64,000 nt of DNA, taken from contig JBITNC010000001.1 of assembly GCA_050084985.1 (NCBI GenBank), positions 103,168,001 through 103,232,000 of the forward strand, given 5' to 3'. The notes under the pieces were generated by a model that had not been told where the DNA came from, did no database searches, and worked only from the letters and a program-made list of their open reading frames with translations. The first letter of the stretch is position 1. Every line of letters begins with the position of its first letter. This document shows positions 1-12,800 of this stretch, piece by piece. Origin of the DNA: Nageia nagi (taxonomy: Eukaryota > Plantae > Pinophyta). Both the position numbers and the translations under genes were made by a program.

Positions 1-556
1 TGGGTAAGAGTGAGGAAATGATTGGCATTGGTTCAATCACAAACCATAATGACCACTATATATCATATAGTTGAATTGGATAATTAAGAAGCATGATTAT
101 CAATTTCAATGATGAATGTGTGGATGTGTGTGTGCAGTAATGACTTTACCATACAAAACAAAGAGATCATCATAGGTAAAATGAGTATTAATAGCTTGCA
201 ATATATTTTTGAAACTATTTCAAAAAAGGAAAAGAATATTATCTTCCTTTTAATTTAAATGTTTACTTATGGTTGTAGGTAAAATATGATGAAATTTTAA
301 AAGTGATCATTAGAAAGGACTAATGTCACTTTGTGGATGTTACAAGGTATTTTGGTGGTTTATGAAAATAATTGAGATATGGTCCTACTTATTTTTTTTC
401 CATGGAAACTAATTGGACCTAAGTTATTAATTAATTTAAAAAAATGTCCAAAGTATTTAATGCCACTACCCTTATAACCAACTTTAATAAGACCTACCAT
501 AAAAATTATTAAAGGGATGAGTGGACATTTATTTGGACATATTGAGCATCTTTCAC

Positions 557-564
557 TATAAATA
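557..564 (+). promoter_or_regulatory. LTR A TATA box
   Basis: TATAAATA in the same context (CTATAAATAAAG) as 41257 and 50494 in the related LTRs. Confidence 0.6.
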
Positions 565-929
565 AAGAAGGAAAATTTGGAGAATTCATTACCTTTTTCA
601 TTTTTATTCTCAAGCTTTGGGTTTAGAGTTACATGAAGAAGAGAAGTCTCTCCCTCTCTCACGTCCAGGTGCATTCTTTTGCATTTCAAATATTAAAACT
701 AAATGCCTAGTTAAAGAAGTAGTATTACTTGGTGTTATTTAAAATATTTTATGGAAGGATTATTTGATAAAGTTTTATGAAATTAATTTTTGATAATGGA
801 ATTGCTCCATTTTAAAGGACATATTGCCTTATTTATATAATATACTACATGTGATAGTTTATATTTTTTTTTATATTTTGAAAGGAGTATAGTTTATTAT
901 ATTATTTATTTAAAATTTCTTGATGGGAA

Positions 930-1900
930 TGATTGGAGTACAAAATCCTATGGCATGTTATTATTTTATTTATTTTATAAGATTACTCCTTGTGTAGCCC
1001 CTTATCATGTATGCTCAAGGAATTCACTTAGGTAAAAGCTATGAATTTCTCCTTAGTCTTTCGTCCATGTTTTCTAGTAAGATTCAATGTCCATTTGGGA
1101 GATCTTGAGATGGTGTAGTAGCATAGTTTAGTGAACATATTATTCAATGTAAAATCATTTTCAACTATTCTTTGATGAATTTCCTTACCTTAAACTAGAG
1201 ATTCCATGATGGCATGCATTGGAAAAGTGTTGGCAAAGGTTTCAGAAGCATTTGGCTCTATTCTTGAATATTGCATTTGCTTAATAGTCTCTAGGGTGCT
1301 TTCAAAAAACCCATTTTATGCATATCCTACCATCATTTAGTCCATGAAACTTATTTAATACATGATTATTGTAAAATAATTCTTAGGACTTATGTTATCT
1401 TCAATTGTTGCATTTACAACCACAATATCCAATGAGAAACCATTTTAAACTATGCTTTGATAGGTCTCCATACCTTCTTCTCAAGCTCCCATGATGGCAC
1501 CTATTGGAAAAATGTTAAAAAAGGTTTTAGAGTTTAAATTTACTCTTGACCATTGCATCTACTTAAATACCTCTAACACCTTTTTAGAAAACCTATATTG
1601 TGCAATCAAGGTATTCACAACCATAATATTTGATGAGAAACCATTTTCAAGTACTCTTTGATGGATCTCCATACCTTCTTCTCTTGCTAATGTGGTGGCA
1701 CATGATAGGAGAATGCTAAATTTTTTTACATAGTTAATATTTACACTTGATCATTTTATTTGTTTAAATATAGTTTTTTAGGGCCCATTCCATGTGTACA
1801 CTATGATCATTCCATTTTTCTCTCTCTAGAAATGAGACTCACTAAAAAATCACTACTAGAAAACCACTATTTGGATCCACATACATTGCTCAATATCATG
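930..1900 (-). pseudogene. Captured PLS-class PPR gene fragments inside LTR A, antisense to the LTR
   Basis: One minus frame 1810->1400 reads MIIVYTWNGP*KTIFKQIK*SSVNINYVKKFSILLSCATTLAREEGMEIHQRVLENGFSSNIMVVNTLIAQYRFSKKVLEVFK*MQWSRVNLNSKTFFNIFPIGAIMGA*EEGMETYQSIV*NGFSLDIVVVNA. 1350->1140 reads VSWT/MMVGYA*NGFFESTLETIKQMQYSRIEPN...GKEIHQRIVEND. About 1010->985 reads MIRGYTR. These are P and L motifs of PLS PPR proteins. Confidence 0.9.
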
Positions 1901-4900
1901 AATTATTTGATTGATAGAAAGATATGGTAGCTAATATTTAATTAGAATTTACATGGCAACCAGTTTGTAACAAGTGAATTCTATATTCACATTAATATAG
2001 TAAATCTTCTATTTCATTAAGTTGAAAAATAATGGAATTATTAATACAAAAAGGAAATATTAGTATGGTTGAATAAAATTTATGTAATAGATAATAAATT
2101 TTGAAGAATATATAGTAAGAGATGACTATAAGTAACTATTTTTGAAATATAATTGATGTACAAAGCTTATTGAAATTTTATTTACTAAGGATGGCTAAGA
2201 TGTATGAAGGATGTTTGGTATGAGAAATCTAGATATTTAATTTTGAGAAAATTGCTTATGTAATTGATTTACCATATGACCAAAAAAGGGAGGTAACCAT
2301 AGATCCTCCTAAGGTCCATAGAATGGTTTTAATAAGTTAGATACCATATAGTTAACTCACATTTGCATTATGTTCATAAGTAAAAAGAGGGAATTCTTGA
2401 TCCTCAAATCTTGTCACTCTTCCTATTTCTTGATCCAATCTCCTTTGATCCTTGGAAAGAAGCTTGAAGATGAAGAAGAATATATGTAAAAAGACATTAT
2501 ATGTTGAAGACTATTTTAGATCAACTTGATGTATTTATTATATTTAAAATTGTAAAGGAGAACCTATTGTAATTATTAAGGGTTTCTCCCATTTTTTTAT
2601 TTATTTAAGATCATCATGAAATACTTTTATGGAATGCAATTTTGGTGAAAACATTTTAAAATCCTTTAAGGATTAATTAAATGAGTGTATTTTCTTATAA
2701 AACCTCTTAAATGCTAGAGTAGGAATTCCAAAGATAATTGAATATTAAGGCATTTAATGAAAAATATGAAGTAATATGGATCCAAGGGTAATAAATAACA
2801 TCTTCATTTATATCAAACAAAATGATACTTAGGACATTAATGAGTTAAGCCTAGTATCACTACATAAAATGAAAATATAGATAGAATATGATATATAATT
2901 TTATCATTTTCTCTCTTTCATGAGTGTAGATCCCATTACCCTAATATGGTCTCAAAACCCACATTATCTAAAGAAGAATTGGAATACAAGTAGAATGTTT
3001 TAGTAGTACTAAATAGAAGGGGATACAATAAAATAAAATTGAATTTTAAGGATTTATATTATTCTTATGATTGAATGTGTTTAGGTATTTATTGTTACTA
3101 GTTTAACTATTTGGGTAAGTAAAATTCATAAAGATAATCCTAAATTCAATTAGGTGAAGGAGTTTATTTTATAACCTTTTGGTACTTATATTTCTGTATG
3201 GCTAAGAATAAGGATTGATGCATCTTATAAATACTATAGAAAAAGGAATTAAGGTTAAATCAACTATAGGATTTGCTATTAATCCTAAATCTTTGTAGAT
3301 GGAATGCAAAGTTAGTACATTTCTATATTGTGATAAGAAAAGTAAAAATTAGACCTAAATAAGGTAACCCTAATGTTCATAGGAAATATGTGTATATGCT
3401 CCTTATTAAGGAAGAAGAGGGTGATCTATAATTAAACATAAATAAGGAGATCTTTGTAAACCTTAAGGAATCAAATTGGGAATAAATGAGATAGCCTAAG
3501 TGTATATATAACACCCTTAGTACATGTTACCTCTTAAGGGATGATTTATAATGATCAAAAGGGAATGGTAATGGTTCAAGTGCAAGTAGTCAATAGTGAA
3601 TTAGTGGCCAATTATGTATTATGATAGTGATATTACTAAGATTCATCAAACAAGTATAGAGTTGTATAAGGTAAACCCTATTATCAACTCATAACTACAT
3701 AACTAATTTTATAGTATAACACCTGAATAATGATATAAGAGTAAGATAAACACAATAAAAGCCTATATGAAAAAGAAAACCTAAAAGAATTAATTTGACC
3801 AAAAAAGGGAACTTTTGGATGGATTTAGCATTGAATATGACATTAAATATTCATTGGTTGAACCTTCCTCACTAAATAAAAAATCCAAAAGAATTACCTT
3901 AAGAAAGGACCATGATGCACCACACTTCCTTTGTTGAAGTATTTTAATTTAGTGTCATCTCAAGGCAAGTTACTGAATACTAGTATGAGAACCTTTATAA
4001 AGTAGTATTAATTAAATAGTACCATGCATATGGGATATTTGTAGTACTTCTAGATATCTTGTATGAATTCCTAAGTAAGTTTTGAGTCTTCCTACATATG
4101 CTTTGCTTATTGATTTTAAACACAAAGTATGATTTGTTTTAATACTTCATGCATAGTATGAACATGGAACTTAGACTCTTAATAATTTATCTAGGATCAT
4201 TTATCTTAAGTTTTTTAGGTCATGAGTGATTTTTATTTAATAACCTTGTTTAAAATTTATTAGACTATACAAACCACTCAAGGGTATTACTTTGATACCT
4301 AGGGCTCATCAAGATATGGGCATGGAGATACTGAATCCCATGGCAAGCCTAACCGATAGATATGTGTAGGCTAGTGTCTCATATCCTCAATAGGGTGTTA
4401 GATGAAGATAATAGTTGATAAAAATATGGTTACTAGGTGAAGGTAATTTAGTAGTCATACAAATTTTAGTTAAGTACATAGGAGTATGATGACTATTCCA
4501 TAGGTGATGATGTTACCTGCTCATAAGAAAGTTTTCCTAGGATAAACTATCTACTCCTATGAGTTAGAGGGTTATCATCAAGTGAGGATGTGTAACCTAG
4601 AGGATGTATGTTCTCTCAAGTGTTATAGGCCTTGAGTAGGAAACCAGTATGCCATGTCCAAAATGTTTGATAAATAGTTCATGAAGTGGAAATGGTGGGA
4701 TCACATGTGATGTGTCTCCTTAATGGGATGAGAATTATGGAGTGAATACTAAATGAGATTTAATAGGGGTTGGATAATCTAGACTTTACCCAATAATGCC
4801 ATGTGGGTGCTGACTATCTAGTAGTATTAACAAGATCATGTGGATTGCCTAGATCCATTCCTAGATCATTTGATTGTATAAACTAATAAAAAAAAATTAT

Positions 4901-4950
4901 TTTTGAAATTTTAGGGTTTTGGATTATCAAGAATAGGTGGATGTGTTACA

Positions 4951-5960
4951 TTGTAGTACTATCTAATAAGTATTTTAATTTCTTCCTTAAAACATAACAA
5001 CTTATTGTATTATGCCTTTTAATTTGTTAATATTTGTATAATTGGTTATCTCTATACGAACTAGGATTTTCATCATTAGGTCCATATTCCTTTCATTGGA
5101 TTTGTTTGATTAGTTATTTCTCTAAACATTCCTTAAAAATTTGATTAGGGTTTATTGATAGTGGATACAATTCTTTGGTTGATTTTCCATCTTTTGATTT
5201 ATCTTAGATAGATATTTCAAATACATTAATTCAAGTATCATCCTTTTTTCTGTAGGGTTTGCTACCATTATTTTTGTTGGATGAGGATGTGTACTTGAGA
5301 AAATTATACCTTACAAAGAACTCTTATTTCTTAATAAGTAAATGAACCATATGCATAAATAAACCATTAACATGCTCAAGCCCTTTTTCACCAAGAACAA
5401 GATTAATGCTTTCAAGGAATACCTTTACAATGAATCTCTCTTCCATATTTTATTCAATGGAATTCCAAAGCTTCATGAATCTAGGAGAAAAATTGTCCAA
5501 CCTTTCAAATTTTCATTGCTTGCAACAAATAAAATCTATCAAATCAACTATTTTCTTTATAATGCACCTAAAATGAGCTTTGAATTGATCCTTCAACTAT
5601 TAATATGATGATATAAAACTTGGTTCCAAGCTATGAAACCAATTATGAACTTCATCGATTAAACTCATAGGGAAATATTTTTCTTTCAAATGATCATTAA
5701 CATCACATTTAAGTTATATAATGTATTCAAAACCTTGAATATATGTGATAGGATCAGTCTCACTATTGAACTTTTTGAATTCAATATCTTTATATATACC
5801 AAAAAGAAGTGTATTACAAATCTCCATCCTCTATAGGTTACCCTTGTTCTTTGTCCAATCTGTATGAACTCTAATTTTTTTCTCAAGCTATGCAATTTGA
5901 GACTTGATATGTTTGAATTCTTCATTTGTGAAGGTACCCAAATTAGATACTCAGTTGTCA
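4951..5960 (-). pseudogene. Degenerate Gypsy (Tat-like) gag
   Basis: Minus frame EFKKFNSETDPITHIQGF...KYFPMSLIDEVHNWFHSLEPSFISSY**LKDQFKAHF, with a zinc-knuckle remnant (RHNTISCYVL) next to LTR A. Confidence 0.75.
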
Positions 5961-6415
5961 ACATTCATGCTATTGTTAGAATTGGTACTAATGGTAGTGT
6001 CTACACTTATGTGTGTATCCATATTGGCCTAATTAATGACCTAGACCATAGGTTCCAATGCCTTTATGATGTTCATGCCTATGCTAAGTTCTTAGAGATT
6101 ATCACCCATGCTGGTATTTCTTCTACAATTGGCCTTAGTGTTCACACAACAAGGCCACTACTCTTAAACAAGTTCATAGATATAAATCTTTTGCTTGATT
6201 TATTTCTCTGAGTGTATATGCTTGTTCTACATCTTAACATAAATGTAATTTGCTATTCTATTGTTACACTACTATAATTTGTTATAATCTCTTATTCATA
6301 TATTTTTATTTTATTTAATTACCTTAGATAAATCATACTTAAATATTTATGTGTATTTAGCACATTTAAAAATAAATCCCTAAATGTACCAAAAAACATA
6401 TCATTTCTCATGCTA

Positions 6416-7221
6416 GGTATGAAACCCTAATCAACCCACTAGTTGGCATTTGTCAAAATATAAAAGTCAATTCAAAATCATTTCTTCCTCTCTCTCCAAC
6501 ATCTAGCTTGTGAATTCTTCCATGCTCAACCTCCTTTTAACTATGTACATAAATCTTGGCAACTTCTACACCCCATTTGAGCTCTACCTATCATTTTCCA
6601 AGGAAAAAAGGGAGATCTTATCCTCATCAAAGAAAGGGAATCTTAGATAATCTCATGTGATTTGGATTTTGTATGGAATAACATTGTTTAAACTTATTTT
6701 ATAGGTCTTGGAGCTTATCCAAGTGCATCAAATTGTATCCTTTTTGGGTCATTTCGAATTTACTTGTAAATTGTTGCATTAAGCATTTTCTAGGCTAGTC
6801 TCTTGGTAGAATTAGTATAGATTAGCTTAATTTATTTTTAAATTACTTTCAAATCATTTTTTATTTTATTTATTCTATTTTAGGTTGTATCATAGACATT
6901 GACCTACTTTCAAGTACCTTATTGACTCAAGGCTTGGGGGTTTACAAGCATCCAAGTCCCATCTTGCTTAGCTCTTGGGCCTTAAGTACCTATAGCTTAG
7001 AAATCCACACAAATATGTGTTTTTATAGGTTATTTTGAAATTTTGGTAGCTTAAACCAAGGAAAAATATCTCACCCTTCCTTCAATTATATCTTTTTTAT
7101 CATTATTTTATCATTTAGCAAGCAATATTTAGATAGTACAAGTGGGTATTTACAATAACCTTGGGCTCTCACATTTTTAGTATAGCTAGCTCAAGTGGTG
7201 GGGTATTGTGGATGCTCTACA
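6416..7221 (+). repeat. 5' LTR of Tat element (first ~200 bp missing)
   Basis: Aligns with 28417-29224 from GGTATGA(A/C)ACCCTAA to GATGCT(C/T)TACA. Confidence 0.85.
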
Positions 7222-7224
7222 AAG

Positions 7225-7242
7225 TGATGATCATGGTGGAAT
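7225..7242 (+). promoter_or_regulatory. Primer-binding site, probably tRNA-Arg (deaminated)
   Basis: TGATGATCATGGTGGAAT, 3 nt after the LTR, resembles TGGCGA(C/T)CAC(A/G)GTGGGA. tRNA-Arg priming is typical of Tat/Ogre. Confidence 0.5.
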
Positions 7243-9899
7243 ATCCTTGGTCCAAGACTTGCAACATTAGAGGAGTTTTCTATCTTTTTCCTTATTTTTT
7301 GGTGTTGTATTTGATACTTGCTTTATGCATTTTTAGATATTTTCTTGCCCTAACTTAGGAAAAGTTTTTAAAAAAGCCTTCCTCACATGATCATGACCAA
7401 ACCCTAAAAATATAGAGTAATGGAACCTAGTATAAATCTAGTTGGTTCCATTCATATCAATCATCAAAGTTTATCTAATTTCTTATAGATCAGTTACCTC
7501 CTAGCTATCTTTTGGATCATTGGTTAGACTTATGATGTTTAGATTTATCAATTAATTATAAATCTTTTGGCCCCTCTTTGTTAGCAAATCATTTTTGTAA
7601 TAGTTAGGTCTATTTTAGGGATTTAGTTAGTTTTATCTTATTTTTGTGTAAGTATTTTAGATACCCTATAACTAGGTGGTAGAAGTCCCTTGCCAAATTT
7701 TTTACACCTAGGTTGTACTTATATTATTTTATTTTAGCATTTTATACTTCATTTTAAAAAAAATATCTATGTGCCACTATGATCAAATGATCAATTGTTT
7801 GACCAGTACACATATTAGTACTACTAATTGATATGCAATATATCGATTAGGTTCAAATCTTGTAAAATAGGTATTGTACATGGCAAAAGCTTGGAGTGGG
7901 AGACCTCAAGGTATGCATATCAATTTTGTTATGCTTTAGAATAGATTTATTTTCTATTATTCATCCTAGTACTACTTCCTTTATTTATTTTATTCTTTCA
8001 CTTTAGTGAAAAGGAAAATCAAAAGAAAAAATTATTTCCTCTTTTGCATTAGTGTAAATTGAAAAATCATACTTGGGAGGGAGTTTTTCCTTTTAAAAAT
8101 TGTTGTGTTATTTTATTACAAAAAATAAAATGAAAAATATTGGGGGTATTATTTTTATTTGCATTCATATCATATTTGATTTATTGCACTTGCAGTAATA
8201 TCACATGAGCCTAGGATTAATCTTAGACTTGACTAGGTTCATTCTAGGAAAACTAAAAAAGAGGTCAAAGAACCCTAAAAGAAGTATCACTAAAATGATA
8301 ATATCCCTCAATTGAAAAAAAATAAATTAGATAAGATATTCACCATTTCTATGTTTTGACACCATTGATATATTACATATAGAATTGGTATCTTGGAAAG
8401 ATCATTCTAGGGTTGTTTGTCTTAGCCTTGCACCCACTAAATCAAGAACATAATAAAACAATTAGGCTTGGTATTTATTTCCTTAATATTGTTTGGCACC
8501 ATTGAGTATACTTTATTTATGCACTATTTTATTCTTGAGTTATTATTTGTAACCTTAAAATGCATAATAAAGCTCACACTAATTTGGTTCAAACTAGAGC
8601 ACAAGCTAAGGCTAGACAAGCTAGGGAAGGATAATCTAGTCCTCCTTCCCATGCACCTTCACCTCATGCTTCATAAGAATTTATTTTCTCAAAATATCCA
8701 TATAGACATTCCATTTTCCCACACCTTTAAGAATATTCTCAACTATATAGAGACATGCAAGAAATTGTTCATAAGAATCCCTTTTTTGGAGAGCCTAGTT
8801 CCCTACATCATGTGGAGAATGTGCAAGATGATATTCCTTCAAAGAAAAAAAAACCTTTTGATTAATGCTTATGTCCAAATACTCTTCAAAAAATTTAAGG
8901 CCAAATAACCTATTGATTTTAGGCATTCATCAACCCTTGTTCTTAACATAAAGACTTGGGAGAAGATACAAGGGTATCACAACCTTTGTTTCCTTCTTTT
9001 TGAGCCCATATTCCCACCATAGATCCAACACATTGTGATCCAACACCTTCCTTCATTAAATATTCCTCCATATAACACATCAAGATCCACTCAAGTCTCC
9101 TAATGCTATTTTAAGAATCCCTAGAGCCTAAAACTTTTTTGAGAGGATGAATCGACCTCTTGTTATATCATCCATAATTGTTGCACACTTTCCTTTTGTT
9201 TCAAGGAAAGACCAAAAAATATTGTCAAGTTTAACTCAATCCCCATTTATTTCTCAATTGGATACTTTGGTTCAATCATCATATCCATAATTTTAACTTC
9301 CCACTCTAATACCATCTAGCACTCCCCATCAAGATGATGAGGATAAGGCTCAAATGTTTGAAGAGTGACATAGGATCTAAAAGAAAAATAAAATTTCACA
9401 AATTGTGGACACTCATCCAACCTCCCAAGGCCAAGGGATAAACATTAATTCTTAAGTATTGAGGATTGTAACTCCTCCTCAAGTTGCTAGAATTGATCAA
9501 CCTAATGCATCTTATCAATCACAACCTATAATGCCTAGAAACTTAGCAATTCTTAATCTCAAGAGATCTTCTAATCATATGTGCCACATAATTCTTCCTA
9601 ACCTAAGATGCACATTAATTTTTTATCTCAATCTCTTCCTTCTTCTTCTTAAGTAGTTTTATCCATATATGCCCACTCTCATAATCCCAATTCTACATAA
9701 GCACATATTGGTGCTTAACTTAGGGGGCTTAATTGCACTCTTTTCAACATGTCCAAGATACATCTCTTGGACAAAATCAATTTCCTTCTCAATATTTGCA
9801 AAATTAAATGGACCAAGGGTTTGAAAGTCAATCTTATCATACATAAAAAGTGAATTTTATCCCAAATCAACCTTAAAGGGAAAACTCAAGCATCAAATT

Positions 9900-12800
9900 A
9901 TTACCAAGGTCCAAATTATCAAGAGCTAGGATCTTTTCCACCTTCTACTTCTAATCATGAAATCCTAAAGATGTTGCATGAGATGGAACAAAGACTCAAT
10001 GACCAAGGCAATACCAAGTTATTATATGGATCAACTTGTTATGAGCAAATACATCCATCAATTCCAATTAAGAATTTTTCTTATAAGTTTGAGGTTCCCA
10101 AAATGGATAAGTTTAAGGAAAAGAGGATCCAAAAGAACATCTAAGAAAATTTAAATATTCTTGTTATATCATAGCCAATGATGATGTTCTTATGCTAAGA
10201 AATTTCCTTATGAATTTAGTAATATAGGTTTTGGATTGTTACAACAACTTGCTTGACCATAGCATTTTCTCCTTTGAAACATTAGCTAATCAATTTATAG
10301 AGCACTTTTGGATCAACATTAGGAAGAGAGCTTCCATAACAGATTTGAGTAAGATATACCTACTTGATGATGAATCAATTTTAGACTATGTATGCATATG
10401 GAGAGTAGTGGTAGAAGATATACCCTACATACTACGACAAGAAGAGTTGGTTAAGTTATTTTCTAGGAGTTGCAACAAACATATCTCTTTCATCCTCCAA
10501 ATTAAAAGGAATATTTCCTTTGAGGATTCATTAGCCCAAGATAAGATAATTGAAGAAGTAAAGATTCAATAAGGTGAAATTAAGCTAAGTAAGAAAGAAA
10601 ATAACTAAAATAATCACAACAATAGTGGTAAATTCAACCAACACCAACCTAATACACAAATAAATCAAATGATTTATGTAGTTAATCAAGCACAACCCAT
10701 CTTGCAACTAGCACCTCCTAGACAACAAAGGAAAAGCCAACTAAGGAATCAATATCAATAATAAGATCAAGCATAAGTTAATCAAGGTAATAAGCAAGTC
10801 AACAATCAAATAAGTCCACCTAGACCAACTCCATAATCACCACAATAACAACAAAATTTGACACCATTAGAGGAGCTAATTGAGCACATTCTTAAGAAGC
10901 TATTTTATGCTAGACTTATTGTGCTTCCCAAGGTTAAATAAGAGGAACCTAATGGTGAGAATCCATAATGAAATAGGGATAATGAATTCTGTTCCTTCCA
11001 TCATCAAAGAGAATATGCAACAAATAAATGCCAAAATTGAAGGGCCACTATTCAAAAATTAATTAATAATTAAGTATCTACAAGAGCTCCCCAAGCTCAA
11101 CCCAATAGGGATTTGGAGGTGTATCAAAACCCTTTTTCAAGGAATGAAAACAATGTGAATAAATTAAGCACCATGACCTCCTAATATATATAAGTAACAC
11201 ATAGTGGTCTCTTACCTACTGATTTTGTTGGTATGATGGGCATAGAACTAGTAAATGTGGTCACAAGTATAGGAAGAGGAGGTGAGAGAGAACCTCCACC
11301 TAGAGAGATAATACCTCAACAAGCAAGATAACCTATCAATATTAAAGTGTAAATACAACTATCTAGACTAGTTATTACAATTAAGAATCAATTAGATTAA
11401 CAATTAAGCATAACTCCAACCAAGTTATCTTTATGGGATTTAATCCAACAATCTAAGGTACATCAGGATGCATTGAATGTTATACTTAAGATAATTAAGT
11501 TATAAAATGATGAACCCAATTCCTTTGTGGATTATTTTGTATCCATTTAGGATTACATGATACCATCTATCACATTTTACATGGATGAAGTGTATCACTC
11601 TCCAAGAGCAAATAAGAAATATCTTGCTATTTATATCATTACAAATATAGATGGTAAAGCATTAAAGAGGGGTATGATTAATGAGGTTTCAACTATTAAT
11701 ATTGTATCAATGGTTGAACTTTAGAATCTTAAGATACCTATAATATCACATTTGAGTACTCCAATGCTATCCATAAGGGCTTTTAAAAATACTTTGTCTA
11801 CTGCTTTAGGAGTTATTGTGATCCCCATTAAGGTGGGGATGAAAAGTATTCCTAAAGGTTGAAATGTGGTAGAAGGTAAGATGAAATACAACATTCTTTT
11901 TGGGTATACCTTGGATAGATGAGAAGGAAGGTGTATCATATTCAATATGTGGTTTATTTAAGTATTTGTATAAGGGTTAAACACATTGTATACCTATGGA
12001 TCCAAACCCTTTTAGTCATTCCAACCTAATCAATGATCTTAATCCTTTTTCTATGCCTAGTTTGTTACATATCACCATCCTTTTGAACAATAGTCCTAAT
12101 CAAGCATCATCATCTATTTTAAAAGGTCCTCAACCTTTGAATACTCATCAAGATCAATCACTTGATTCAACACCTTCATCATCATCAATTCAATTGGATG
12201 TATTTCATCCTATGCATCTTAATGGTAAGTCAACCATACAATCTTCAACACATTAATCAGGTTCTAAGACTCAAATTTAGAATCCTAAATCCAAGCCCAC
12301 TCAACCTCAATCCTATAATCAAGTTCCACATCCTAATGACCTTTATTCTTCATCATGTATGACATATGAGCCTTCCCAAGAGGAAAAGTATCACACTTCT
12401 CCTCATGTTTATTAGGTCATGCAGGATGAGGATGATGATGATAATGATTCTAATAGTTATCTTATCTTGGTACAATATTCTAGTCTTGGTTTTGGGGAAT
12501 ATCGGATCGAGGATGTATCTTGTAGCATCCAATCAGTTAGGGAATTTGGTCAACCTTAGGATACTTCCACCACTATTAGGTCTATGGTTCCTTTAGTTCA
12601 AATTCCTAATAAATCCTTTTTCATATAGGTCAATTTTGATTCTCCATTCAATGTTCCTTTTAACTATCCTTTTAAAGAGAATGGTTTTGTTAAGATTGAG
12701 TACTTATCTTGTCCTAACTTTTTTTGCCAATATTTTTTAAATTGTAAATGGCAAGGTTATGGATTAAGAAAGTATGAACAAGGTATGGTATATACTTTTC

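Larger units (their letters stand above)
1..4950 (+). mobile_element. Long Gypsy (Tekay/Del-like) LTR, 5' end outside window; 3' or solo LTR (LTR A)
   Basis: About 380-720 and 3850-4950 align with the LTR at 40434-44804 (e.g. TAGACTATACAAACCACTCAAGGGTATT vs TAGACTATACAAACCACTTGAGGGTATT). Ends ...GGTGGATGTGTTACA at 4950. No PBS follows. Confidence 0.85.

Noticed and set aside
930-1900. Functional host PPR gene
   Set aside because: Multiple stops, frameshifts and deleted motifs, and it lies inside an LTR.
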